From a virus (lineage: Duplodnaviria > Caudoviricetes): a DNA stretch of 47,033 bases. The notes under the pieces were generated by a model, which was not told the DNA's origin, searched no databases, and saw nothing but the letters and a program-made list of their open reading frames with translations. The stretch is taken from the IMG/VR virus record IMGVR_UViG_3300043411_000506, positions 1 to 47,033 of that record. One strand, given 5' to 3'. Both the position numbers and the translations under genes were made by a program. Below are positions 35,516-43,244 of the stretch, piece by piece (positions within the stretch are counted from its first letter, which is position 1; each line of letters starts with the position of its first letter).

Positions 35516-36364
35516 TTACTCAGCGCGTTCCATGAACGTCAGAATGGCGACCTTACCATGCTGGTGGAAGTTTGGACGATGATCAGGGTCGCGAAGATCG
35601 TAAACGATCTGGATCTTGACAATGCCATGACGCTCGCTAATCAAGTCGTAATCTTGCGGCTCGAACGAATGTGGGTAGTGCGGGAACGCCAAATGCGGTT
35701 GAACGATCTCAGTGATGAAACCAACGTCACCGCTAGCGTCAGGACCTTGGTGGTCTGATACGCGCTTGGCGATATCCTTGGCGGTCATCAGGTCATAGTG
35801 CGAAAGATCAATGTCCTTCCACTCACCACCAAATGAGTACCCAGTGCGAGCATTCTTGTACTCGATCTTGTAAGAGAACAGGCCGTTGCCGCCTTCCTCT
35901 TCCATTTCCTGAATGAACTGCTTGAAGGAGAGCTTCATGCCGGTTTCCATGACTTGTCCCTTGTGTTTGAACTTACCGTCCTTCATCTCACGCCTCTTGT
36001 CACGATGCGCGCCAGCTGCATTCTTCTTGTTAGCGAGAACCTGCTGGGTAGTGTCGCGCGGCTTAGGCAGTGGAACCACGAGGGTGTTTGGATTCTTTTC
36101 CATTTCATTCAACTCTTCAGCAAGAGCCTTCGGTAAAACGTAGTAGATCTCTTTGTCAGGAGTCTGCACTTGGGCAAATACCTTTTTCGCGTATGCAAAG
36201 ACACGCACGAACCAGTTGCCCATCGCGGATTCGACCTTAAACATTCCGGTCTGCTTCGCATTGTCAATCATCTGGTCTGACACGTGCTTCCGCTTTTCTA
36301 CTTGGTGTGTGCCAAGGAATTCCGCAACGGTGTCGTCAATTTGAACGCTGATTGGTGTATCCAT
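35516..36364 (-). CDS. Probable virion internal protein, apparent two-part fusion
   Basis: AGAHRDK...KHKG segment, then an internal MKLSFKQFIQE (ATG at 35938). Confidence 0.6.
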   Translation of the reverse strand: MDTPISVQIDDTVAEFLGTHQVEKRKHVSDQMIDNAKQTGMFKVESAMGNWFVRVFAYAKKVFAQVQTPDKEIYYVLPKALAEELNEMEKNPNTLVVPLPKPRDTTQQVLANKKNAAGAHRDKRREMKDGKFKHKGQVMETGMKLSFKQFIQEMEEEGGNGLFSYKIEYKNARTGYSFGGEWKDIDLSHYDLMTAKDIAKRVSDHQGPDASGDVGFITEIVQPHLAFPHYPHSFEPQDYDLISERHGIVKIQIVYDLRDPDHRPNFHQHGKVAILTFMERAE

Positions 36365-36366
36365 GA

Positions 36367-37053
36367 TTAGTTGTAGATGGAGCCTTTTTCGCCATCCCAT
36401 TCGCCGACAGACTTAGTTTCGCCCTTCTTGAAGGGCTTCGGGCCAACCATTGCGTTAGCAATTTCCTTGTCTCCGTCAATCCAGAAGTCTGGGAATTTCT
36501 TCTTGAGGGCAGCACGCCAGGAGGCGTACGAGTTGTATTCAGTTTCGTCAAAGTGGTTCTTGGCTTCCACAAGCTGAGCTTCGCCCAGAGCAGACGTGTC
36601 GAACTCTTCATCCGTCAGCCAAGAATACCCAGCGCCGTTCTTGCTGTACGCCTTGATGACGACCTTGTTAAACTTCCCATTCTTCATTTTCTGCGTGAAC
36701 GCTTCGCCCTTGTTCGTCCAGGCCATCTTGCCTTTGTTCGAATTGATCACGGTGGTCTCTTGACCGGGCCAAACGGTCTTGCCATCAGCAATGATGCGCT
36801 GGCCCATGGCCGCGGAGCGGATAACGTTCTTCAGCTGGCGGTCTGAAAGCGGTCCCTTGGTGGACTTGGCTTCGGTAAGAACCCAGCCTTCATCACGATC
36901 TGGATACCACTTAGCGATCAGCTTACCGTCGCTCTTAGCAAAATCTTGACCGTCATCGTCAACTTCCAGCGCGGCGACAGCTTTCTCCCATGCCTTTCGA
37001 TCATGAGAGAACCAAGATTTTTCCTTGGCTTCGAAGAGTTCTTGCAGTTTCAT
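36367..37053 (-). CDS. Probable virion internal protein
   Basis: MKLQELFEAK start with repeated LxEA sites (LFEAK, LTEAK, LGEAQ, LVEAK); TAAATA at 37080-37085. Confidence 0.65.
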   Translation of the reverse strand: MKLQELFEAKEKSWFSHDRKAWEKAVAALEVDDDGQDFAKSDGKLIAKWYPDRDEGWVLTEAKSTKGPLSDRQLKNVIRSAAMGQRIIADGKTVWPGQETTVINSNKGKMAWTNKGEAFTQKMKNGKFNKVVIKAYSKNGAGYSWLTDEEFDTSALGEAQLVEAKNHFDETEYNSYASWRAALKKKFPDFWIDGDKEIANAMVGPKPFKKGETKSVGEWDGEKGSIYN

Positions 37054-37091
37054 ATCTGATCTCGTTGGTTTGAGTTGTGTATTTAGACGGC

Positions 37092-37550
37092 TCAGACTTC
37101 CTTGGTGTCCGCGTCTACACTGATCATGCGTAGGATTTCTTCACGAGTAGCAACGATCGTATTGTTTACCGTCTTACCACCAGCATTCGGGATGAACATC
37201 GTGGCGCGCTTACGATCTGCCTTGACCCGCGCTTTTGCGGAAGCTGCTTGCAAGGCCAGGTTCAGGAACGTAGCGGCAACTTCAGCATTGCGCGCTGCGT
37301 AACGTGGCTCAATGATTTCGGTGTACGCCATTTGGTTCTGGAAAGTCTCCAGAGCAGTAGTGTATACAGCGTCGAAGCGCTCGTCGTTTTCGACGTCCTC
37401 AGCATCCTTCTCTGCAGGAGTTGCGTTTGGAGACTGCATCGCTGCGATCTCAGTACTCGTTGCTTGCTGATAGTCGTCAATTTCAACGCCAGAGGTCATC
37501 TCATCATCGATGTCAAACAGATCATCGAGAGGGTTCTTTATTGGCTTCAT
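37092..37550 (-). CDS. Terminase small subunit candidate
   Basis: 152 aa; ARNAEVA...NNTIVATREEIL resembles the PRAxEV...NNxxxxSTxEL pattern of T4-like gp16. Confidence 0.5.
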   Translation of the reverse strand: MKPIKNPLDDLFDIDDEMTSGVEIDDYQQATSTEIAAMQSPNATPAEKDAEDVENDERFDAVYTTALETFQNQMAYTEIIEPRYAARNAEVAATFLNLALQAASAKARVKADRKRATMFIPNAGGKTVNNTIVATREEILRMISVDADTKEV

Positions 37551-38365
37551 ACATTCCTCACGAAGTGGTGCGTGATGTTTCCATCTTTGTCTCGAACTAC
37601 GACCTTAGCACCAGCTTTAAGGTCATGATCTCTCAACCATTTTGTGAGATTGGTGACTTGAATTCGCTCACCTTGAATAGAAACAAGCTCCCACGTTTTA
37701 ACGTTTCGCGCAGATCCCTTAAGTGAGGCTGAGATATTTAGGCGAGCTTGATCAGAGAATGCTCGCTTTCCACCATTAGCTTCTTTGAAGGATGCAATTG
37801 CTTCATTTCGCTTAGCAATAGTTTCTACTGATTGCTTCTTGCCTTTGTGCGCTTCCGCGTTCTTTTGCTTTACTTCTTCCCAAGAACCATCTGCCTGCAT
37901 ACGAGCCATTCGTTCTTTTGCGGCGGCACCCATATTCTTTTTTGCTTCATTGGTGTGTTTTCGACCAGTGTGAACTTCAGAAAGCCTTTGCTTTGTCAGT
38001 TCACCGGCTTCAGAGGAGTAGTGTGCTTTCAGTGCCTTAGATTTTCGTTCTGCTCCAGAAGGATCATCTGGCGCACGGTGCTCATACCCACCACCTGGAA
38101 CTAAGTTCAAGCACTTTGGATCCTGCAAAAGACCCTCATTGACTAAGGTTTTTTCACGATCAATAAGCTCCTTACGGGTTGGAAGGAACTCCAGGATTTC
38201 CATTGAGTGCTTTTCTTTGCCGTGGTAATTCACGGAATGCCAAAGACGTTTTCCCGATCCAAAGTATCCATCATTCAAATCATCAGTTGAGTGCATCCCA
38301 ATATAGTATGCCCCATCGAATCGGGTGATTTTGTAGATGTAGTGATAAGCTTTTTGTTTGCGCAT
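37547..38365 (-). CDS. Free-standing Seg-like GIY-YIG homing endonuclease
   Basis: YIYKIT...YYIGMH...DGYFGSG and CLNLVPGG; paralog of 28420..29148. Confidence 0.88.
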   Translation of the reverse strand: MRKQKAYHYIYKITRFDGAYYIGMHSTDDLNDGYFGSGKRLWHSVNYHGKEKHSMEILEFLPTRKELIDREKTLVNEGLLQDPKCLNLVPGGGYEHRAPDDPSGAERKSKALKAHYSSEAGELTKQRLSEVHTGRKHTNEAKKNMGAAAKERMARMQADGSWEEVKQKNAEAHKGKKQSVETIAKRNEAIASFKEANGGKRAFSDQARLNISASLKGSARNVKTWELVSIQGERIQVTNLTKWLRDHDLKAGAKVVVRDKDGNITHHFVRNV

Positions 38366-38381
38366 AGATTTCTCCTTGCGC

Positions 38382-38828
38382 TTATTTACGCTTTCCGGTA
38401 CCTCGGGTTAAAAAAAGAGTTTTTTCCGTTATAACCCGGAAAGTCATTCCTTGCTGCTCTGCAAAACGTGCTGCAGCTTTCCACTTAGCTTGGTTTACCG
38501 CCAATGCGTACTTATCTCGGTCAGTTGCCTTTGGGGTCAAGACCGTTTCCTTATACGGCTTGATCTCAATGATCTCTTTCTTCAGATTGCCGAACTTGTC
38601 CTTGTAGATGACCAAAGCATCTGGGTAATAGTTCGCAACACGATTCTCAAATGGGTGCAGGTACGGAATGCTGAATTCTTCTGACGCCCACTGCATGACT
38701 GCAGGCGTGGTATCCAACCATTTAAAGAGTCTAAACTCCCAGCTTGAGCGCCCCATAATCTTGTTCGGGTCTCCAAGATACTTTTCTGGGTGCTGAGGGA
38801 TGAAACGCCCCTTCATGGTACCGGCCAT
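38382..38828 (-). CDS. 4: Head completion nuclease (T4 gp4 / TnsA-like)
   Basis: GRFIPQHPEKYLGD, RSSWE, WASE, YYPD, IEIKP, NQAKW and FRVITE. Confidence 0.9.
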   Translation of the reverse strand: MAGTMKGRFIPQHPEKYLGDPNKIMGRSSWEFRLFKWLDTTPAVMQWASEEFSIPYLHPFENRVANYYPDALVIYKDKFGNLKKEIIEIKPYKETVLTPKATDRDKYALAVNQAKWKAAARFAEQQGMTFRVITEKTLFLTRGTGKRK

Positions 38829-39313
38829 TATTCAACTCCAAATACTTCGTCAAAATCAACCTTGAATGTCTTCTGCTCTTTAGCCCAGATGTTCAACGGG
38901 TGATCTGCTGGCAGGCTGTTGTCAAAAAGCTTGCCGTGTTGGATCGTACAGTTAGCAATCGCTTCGTTGCGCTTTGTAATCATTGCTGCCAACTGCTCTG
39001 GAGTGGCAGCGTCGTACCACTTCTTCAAGCTGTTCTCCCAGATGGCCCTTTTCTGTTCCGGTGTCACATCTGGTCGATTCATCCAGCCATATTTCTTCCG
39101 CTCTTCCGCGCTTTCAGCGGCTACTTGTTCTTGCCGCGCCTTTGACATGTTTGCAACGCGCTGGCTTTGATCTTCTTCTGCCCACTGCTTTTTAACAGCG
39201 TTTGCCGTTCGTTCACGAAATTGCTGATAGGCAACTGGATCTGCCTTTAGGCGAGCTTTTGCTGCTTTAGCAGATGCCGACATCTTTGCGCGTGTCTCTG
39301 AACTAATGGCCAT
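38828..39313 (-). CDS. NUMOD3-like helical protein without a nuclease domain
   Basis: SETRAKMSAS and similar repeats; no GIY-YIG or HNH motif. Confidence 0.55.
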   Translation of the reverse strand: MAISSETRAKMSASAKAAKARLKADPVAYQQFRERTANAVKKQWAEEDQSQRVANMSKARQEQVAAESAEERKKYGWMNRPDVTPEQKRAIWENSLKKWYDAATPEQLAAMITKRNEAIANCTIQHGKLFDNSLPADHPLNIWAKEQKTFKVDFDEVFGVE

Positions 39314-39316
39314 TGC

Positions 39317-40564
39317 TTAGTCTCCAGCGTTAACGCTTGGTTGCTCTGGACCGAATGTTCCAGAAGTCGTCGTGTAAGTGGCTTTGTCACGACCAGCGGT
39401 CGTAGCATCAGAAACAACGTCACGGCTTGGGCGTGCCACTGCTTGATTGACGCCTCTGTTCAACAAGTCTTTTGTGACGCCACTTGCAATAGAACCTACA
39501 GTTGAGGCGACACTGCTGAGGCCCGGTACCTTCCGGATCGCTTTGCCAATAGTCTCATTAGACACCTTCTGCGCCGCACGCCCGGCCACACCGCCTAGGA
39601 TTGCAGTATACGGGTTGTTTGAGCCTGCATCGCTTGGGCGCGTACCAACTGGGCCTGAATCGCCAGGCGCTGAACCTACTGGAGGCAACTGCTTTTCTGG
39701 TGGCAGGTTCTCCAACGGATCCATGTTGCTCATCACCATGAAGTCGTAGTCGAACTGCATGGTGAACAGGTTTGGATCAGACACTTCATGATTCACGTCA
39801 TCCAAATCGAAGGACACAACACGTGGATTGATGAAGAAGAATGAGACCTGCTTGGTAGAGTTCTCAAGCTTTTGCGATGGGTCGAGGAAGAACTGTGTTA
39901 CCTTGATCGCCTGAATTGCGTTACCGACTTCAGTATTGTCAATGACGCCTCGGTGCGCGAAGTCGTTCTGATCCGTGAACGGCTCAGAGAACTCCATACC
40001 AGATCCAGCACCGTAGGTTACTCGAGTGTCAGCAATGTTCTGTGTAGCCGTAATTGAGCGACGTGTAATTGGTGAGTGCACCATCATCATGAAGCGGAAG
40101 AACTCATACACGCTATTGCCAACGTCGTCAACGAACGTCATTGTCAATTCACGGTGTTTGATCTGCTTCAAGACCTTCGTGCGGAAGTTGTATTGGTTGA
40201 TCTCTTCGTACTCGAAGTCAACCTTTGGACGGTCTACGCTCTTGATGAGAAAGGTGAAGTCCCGCTGCCAATTACCACGACCGAATTTCTCCAGTACGCC
40301 GTCTTGGAATAGGAACTCCACACGGAACAGGAACTTAAGCTTTGGGCGGAAGTGAGAGTTCGCAAGTGATGCTGCGTACGACGTAGCATACCACGAACCG
40401 TCATTTCGGTTGACTGGGGCATCTGCAGACTGGCCAGTAGCAGTGCGCAAGTAATCATTCAGCGGGCTAGTGCCGAATTCTTCGACCGCCATACCGAACA
40501 TTTCCGTAGCTGTGCGCTTTGCGTTAATGTCCGATGACTTAACCAGTTTTGAGATGTCAGGCAT
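39317..40564 (-). CDS. Tail tube-fold baseplate/tube initiator protein (gp54/gp48-like)
   Basis: PKLKFLFRVEF, KSVDRPKVDFE...NQYN, TMTFVDD and FTMQFDYD match the tube-fold pattern; low-complexity C-terminus. Confidence 0.7.
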   Translation of the reverse strand: MPDISKLVKSSDINAKRTATEMFGMAVEEFGTSPLNDYLRTATGQSADAPVNRNDGSWYATSYAASLANSHFRPKLKFLFRVEFLFQDGVLEKFGRGNWQRDFTFLIKSVDRPKVDFEYEEINQYNFRTKVLKQIKHRELTMTFVDDVGNSVYEFFRFMMMVHSPITRRSITATQNIADTRVTYGAGSGMEFSEPFTDQNDFAHRGVIDNTEVGNAIQAIKVTQFFLDPSQKLENSTKQVSFFFINPRVVSFDLDDVNHEVSDPNLFTMQFDYDFMVMSNMDPLENLPPEKQLPPVGSAPGDSGPVGTRPSDAGSNNPYTAILGGVAGRAAQKVSNETIGKAIRKVPGLSSVASTVGSIASGVTKDLLNRGVNQAVARPSRDVVSDATTAGRDKATYTTTSGTFGPEQPSVNAGD

Positions 40565-40581
40565 TACATGTTCACTTCATG

Positions 40582-42261
40582 TTACGCAACGTAAGCGATG
40601 AGGTCTTTCCAGTTCGATGCGCCCGACTTAAGGATCAGGATCCCTTTGACAAACTCGCGCATAGTGACCATGTCCAACTCGCCACTCTTATTCATGTGAA
40701 TCAGATGGTCGAGGAGCTCTTGCTTCTGTTCAAGCGCAACGTCATCGCCACCTAGACCAGGGAGAACCGTGCGCATACGCTTCAGCACTTCTTCTGGTGT
40801 CAAGTCCATGTTGATCTTTGCAGAACGTGACATGATAGCAGGGTCGAACTCTTCCTTCTTGAGGTTCGAGATGAAGACAACACGGCCTGTGAAGTCAAAC
40901 GCAGATGGGAACTTGATTGGCCCGTTCTTCTTGACCTTTGGAGATGGCTCACCATCTTCACCATCTTCAGACTCTTCAGACGGCATTTCTTCACCGGAAA
41001 GTTGAGCATCAATCTGACGATTCAGCGTTGTCTTTGCTTTCTCCGACATCTTCGACACGTTGATCGTGTTCGATGCCGTCCAAGAGATTTCACGAACAGG
41101 CGATGTATCAAGCGCTGCCTTCAGAATGTTCGTTGCATCTTCATTGCGCCACATCGAGTCGCAATCGTCGAACAGAATCATGCCGCCTTCGCGGAACATG
41201 AACAGTGTCTGATAGATCGAAACTGGTGAAGCCTTACCGGAGATCTTGACGTAGTCCTTACCAGGAACCATGCCTTCTTCCTTGATGGTCTGCATGATGG
41301 TGTACGTCTTACCCGTACCTGGACCACCATAGATCAAGAGCGAACGCAGGGTACCCTTACACGCCATCGTGACGAGCTGAGAAAGGTGACCGTACAAAGT
41401 ATCTGGGTCGCGCATTTCCTTCTCAGATGGCTTGTGATCGGCCATCGAGCCGGCGATTTGCTTGTACAATTGCTGAGCAGCCTTCGATTCTGCAGCAGGA
41501 ATAAAGCGCTTGGTGTCAGGGTCTTGAGCCGTGACCTTGATGTAAAGGATAGGTTCCTTCTTAGGCAAGGCGACTGCAGTACTTGGCTCCTTAACTGGAG
41601 TCACGTCTTGCGGCCCATCATCCTTCTTGGAAACGACTTCGGATTTCGTTTCAGTTGAATCCACGTCAGTGACAGCACCTGGCTTTGCATTCCACTTGCC
41701 ACGACCGATCTTCTGACCTCGGATGTAAGCTGGAATCAAGACGTCATTCTCATCTGCGACTGCCTTGATTTGTTCCCATGTCATGGCTGCGGCACCGTGC
41801 TCACCATACTTCGACACAGCCATGCGATAGAAGTTGTCGTCATTGACACGCTTCGCCATCTCATCCAGTTGCAAGCCCTCATTCACCGCTTGCACTGGGT
41901 ACTTACCTTGCTCTGGGTGCTTGATCAAGTTTGCAAGCTTGGTCATTGCGCCAATCAACGAGCCAGCATTCAACATCTTCACGTCAATGAAATGCGATGG
42001 GCCATTGTTGGTTGTGTACTTTTCCCAGACGTCGATGCCAAGGACATGACCACCCTTGAAGCGAACACCAAACGCGCGTTCGCCAAACAGGTAAAGGATT
42101 TCTGAGAATCCACCGAATTCCATTACGTGGCCTTTACCACCGTAGCGGTAAATCTTTGTGCCGAGCAACTTTGGGAGTCGGCGTTCGAATACGCCGATTA
42201 CGCGGGCCAGGTCATCTTCGGAGAACTGAGCCTCAACCAGATAGTCTTTGAAGGTGAACAT
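40582..42261 (-). CDS. AAA+ ATPase with long N-terminal extension
   Basis: GGPGTGKT, ILFDDCD, VFISN and AIMSR; start MFTFKDYLVE; TAAATA at 42292-42297. Confidence 0.85.
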   Translation of the reverse strand: MFTFKDYLVEAQFSEDDLARVIGVFERRLPKLLGTKIYRYGGKGHVMEFGGFSEILYLFGERAFGVRFKGGHVLGIDVWEKYTTNNGPSHFIDVKMLNAGSLIGAMTKLANLIKHPEQGKYPVQAVNEGLQLDEMAKRVNDDNFYRMAVSKYGEHGAAAMTWEQIKAVADENDVLIPAYIRGQKIGRGKWNAKPGAVTDVDSTETKSEVVSKKDDGPQDVTPVKEPSTAVALPKKEPILYIKVTAQDPDTKRFIPAAESKAAQQLYKQIAGSMADHKPSEKEMRDPDTLYGHLSQLVTMACKGTLRSLLIYGGPGTGKTYTIMQTIKEEGMVPGKDYVKISGKASPVSIYQTLFMFREGGMILFDDCDSMWRNEDATNILKAALDTSPVREISWTASNTINVSKMSEKAKTTLNRQIDAQLSGEEMPSEESEDGEDGEPSPKVKKNGPIKFPSAFDFTGRVVFISNLKKEEFDPAIMSRSAKINMDLTPEEVLKRMRTVLPGLGGDDVALEQKQELLDHLIHMNKSGELDMVTMREFVKGILILKSGASNWKDLIAYVA

Positions 42262-42324
42262 TCTGTGTCTTAGTGTGCAGGTGAGATTCTCTATTTAGAG
42301 CGTCTGGGTGACTTGAAAACAAAA

Positions 42325-42344
42325 GAGGGACCTTTCGGTCCCTC
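42325..42344 (-). terminator. GGGACC-N4-GGTCCC hairpin, copy 4 (tube terminator)
   Basis: gagggacc-tttc-ggtccctc with a U tract on the minus strand. Confidence 0.8.
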
Positions 42345-42366
42345 AAATGTACCAAAGAAATGTCGT

Positions 42367-42966
42367 TTAGGACATTTCACCGCCTGTAGCGCGCTTGTCC
42401 TTAACGCCGTCGCCGGAGTCGATAGAACGAGCGTGGTCAAAGCGCAGCACCAACTGAACAGTAGCTGCTTCGGAAGCGGAGTAGTCCATGTCTCCACCGT
42501 CCATGCTTTGAATCCAAACGCCTTCAAGAATCCAAGTTTCCAGAACGCCTTCGTCGCCGTCAAGCATCTCAAGCTTCATACCAAACTTGTAGTCCGAACC
42601 TGCGGCTGCGGTGTTCAACCAACGGCCGTCGAGGTCAACACCAACGAGGCGTTGAGTCGTTTCAAGTTGTGCCTTAATGACCTTTGCAGCCAAACCGCCG
42701 ATGTCATCTTCAACAGTCATGTTCATTGGCGACCAGGTGTGCTTGCCGGCAATGTACGATGTGCTGTTGTAGCGGTGGATTTGAACTTCTTCAAATTCCA
42801 ACTGAGGGCGTGTAACTGTGGTTGCTTGAACAGTGAGGTCACGCGAGTTGTGACCTGCGACAAGCTTGCCAATGTTGGCGAAGGTGACGCGCCACTTGTT
42901 CTTTTGCTTTGGGTGCAGGTGACCAGAGCCACCGCCCGGGATACCGAAGTTTGCCAAAGTAGCGAT
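42367..42966 (-). CDS. 19: Tail tube protein (gp19-like), probable ATC start
   Basis: PKQKNKWRVTF, RPQLEFEEV, YIAGKHTW, WILEG and DYSASE. GAGGAG lies 7 nt before the ATC at 42966; the late promoter at 43013-43018 lies inside the track's longer ORF. Confidence 0.85.
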   Translation of the reverse strand: MATLANFGIPGGGSGHLHPKQKNKWRVTFANIGKLVAGHNSRDLTVQATTVTRPQLEFEEVQIHRYNSTSYIAGKHTWSPMNMTVEDDIGGLAAKVIKAQLETTQRLVGVDLDGRWLNTAAAGSDYKFGMKLEMLDGDEGVLETWILEGVWIQSMDGGDMDYSASEAATVQLVLRFDHARSIDSGDGVKDKRATGGEMS

Positions 42967-43204
42967 GATAATTCTCCTCAGCGCAAAAAGTGCGCGTTGC
43001 GTTGATGCAGTGTATTTATCAGACTTGTGGGGTTTTTGGCTCAAACCCGAGGCGACCAGTTACCATTAAGAACCGTTTTTCCTGGTCAATTACCGAAACA
43101 CGGGTTAAAGCACCAATCTCAAAAGGACACAACTCTATGCATGACGGCACTCAACTTATGTTAGACGCGCTTGCCATTATGATAATTGGAGCATGAATGA
43201 AAAA

Positions 43205-43222
43205 GGGGACCTTATGGTCCCC
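43205..43222 (-). terminator. GGGACC-N4-GGTCCC hairpin, copy 5 (sheath terminator)
   Basis: ggggacc-ttat-ggtcccc with a U tract on the minus strand. Confidence 0.8.
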
Positions 43223-43244
43223 AATTTTCTATCTACTTCCTGAC

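Noticed and set aside
43020-43200. Gene or ncRNA between sheath and tube
   Set aside because: No SD-supported ORF, recognisable motif or convincing structure; left unannotated.
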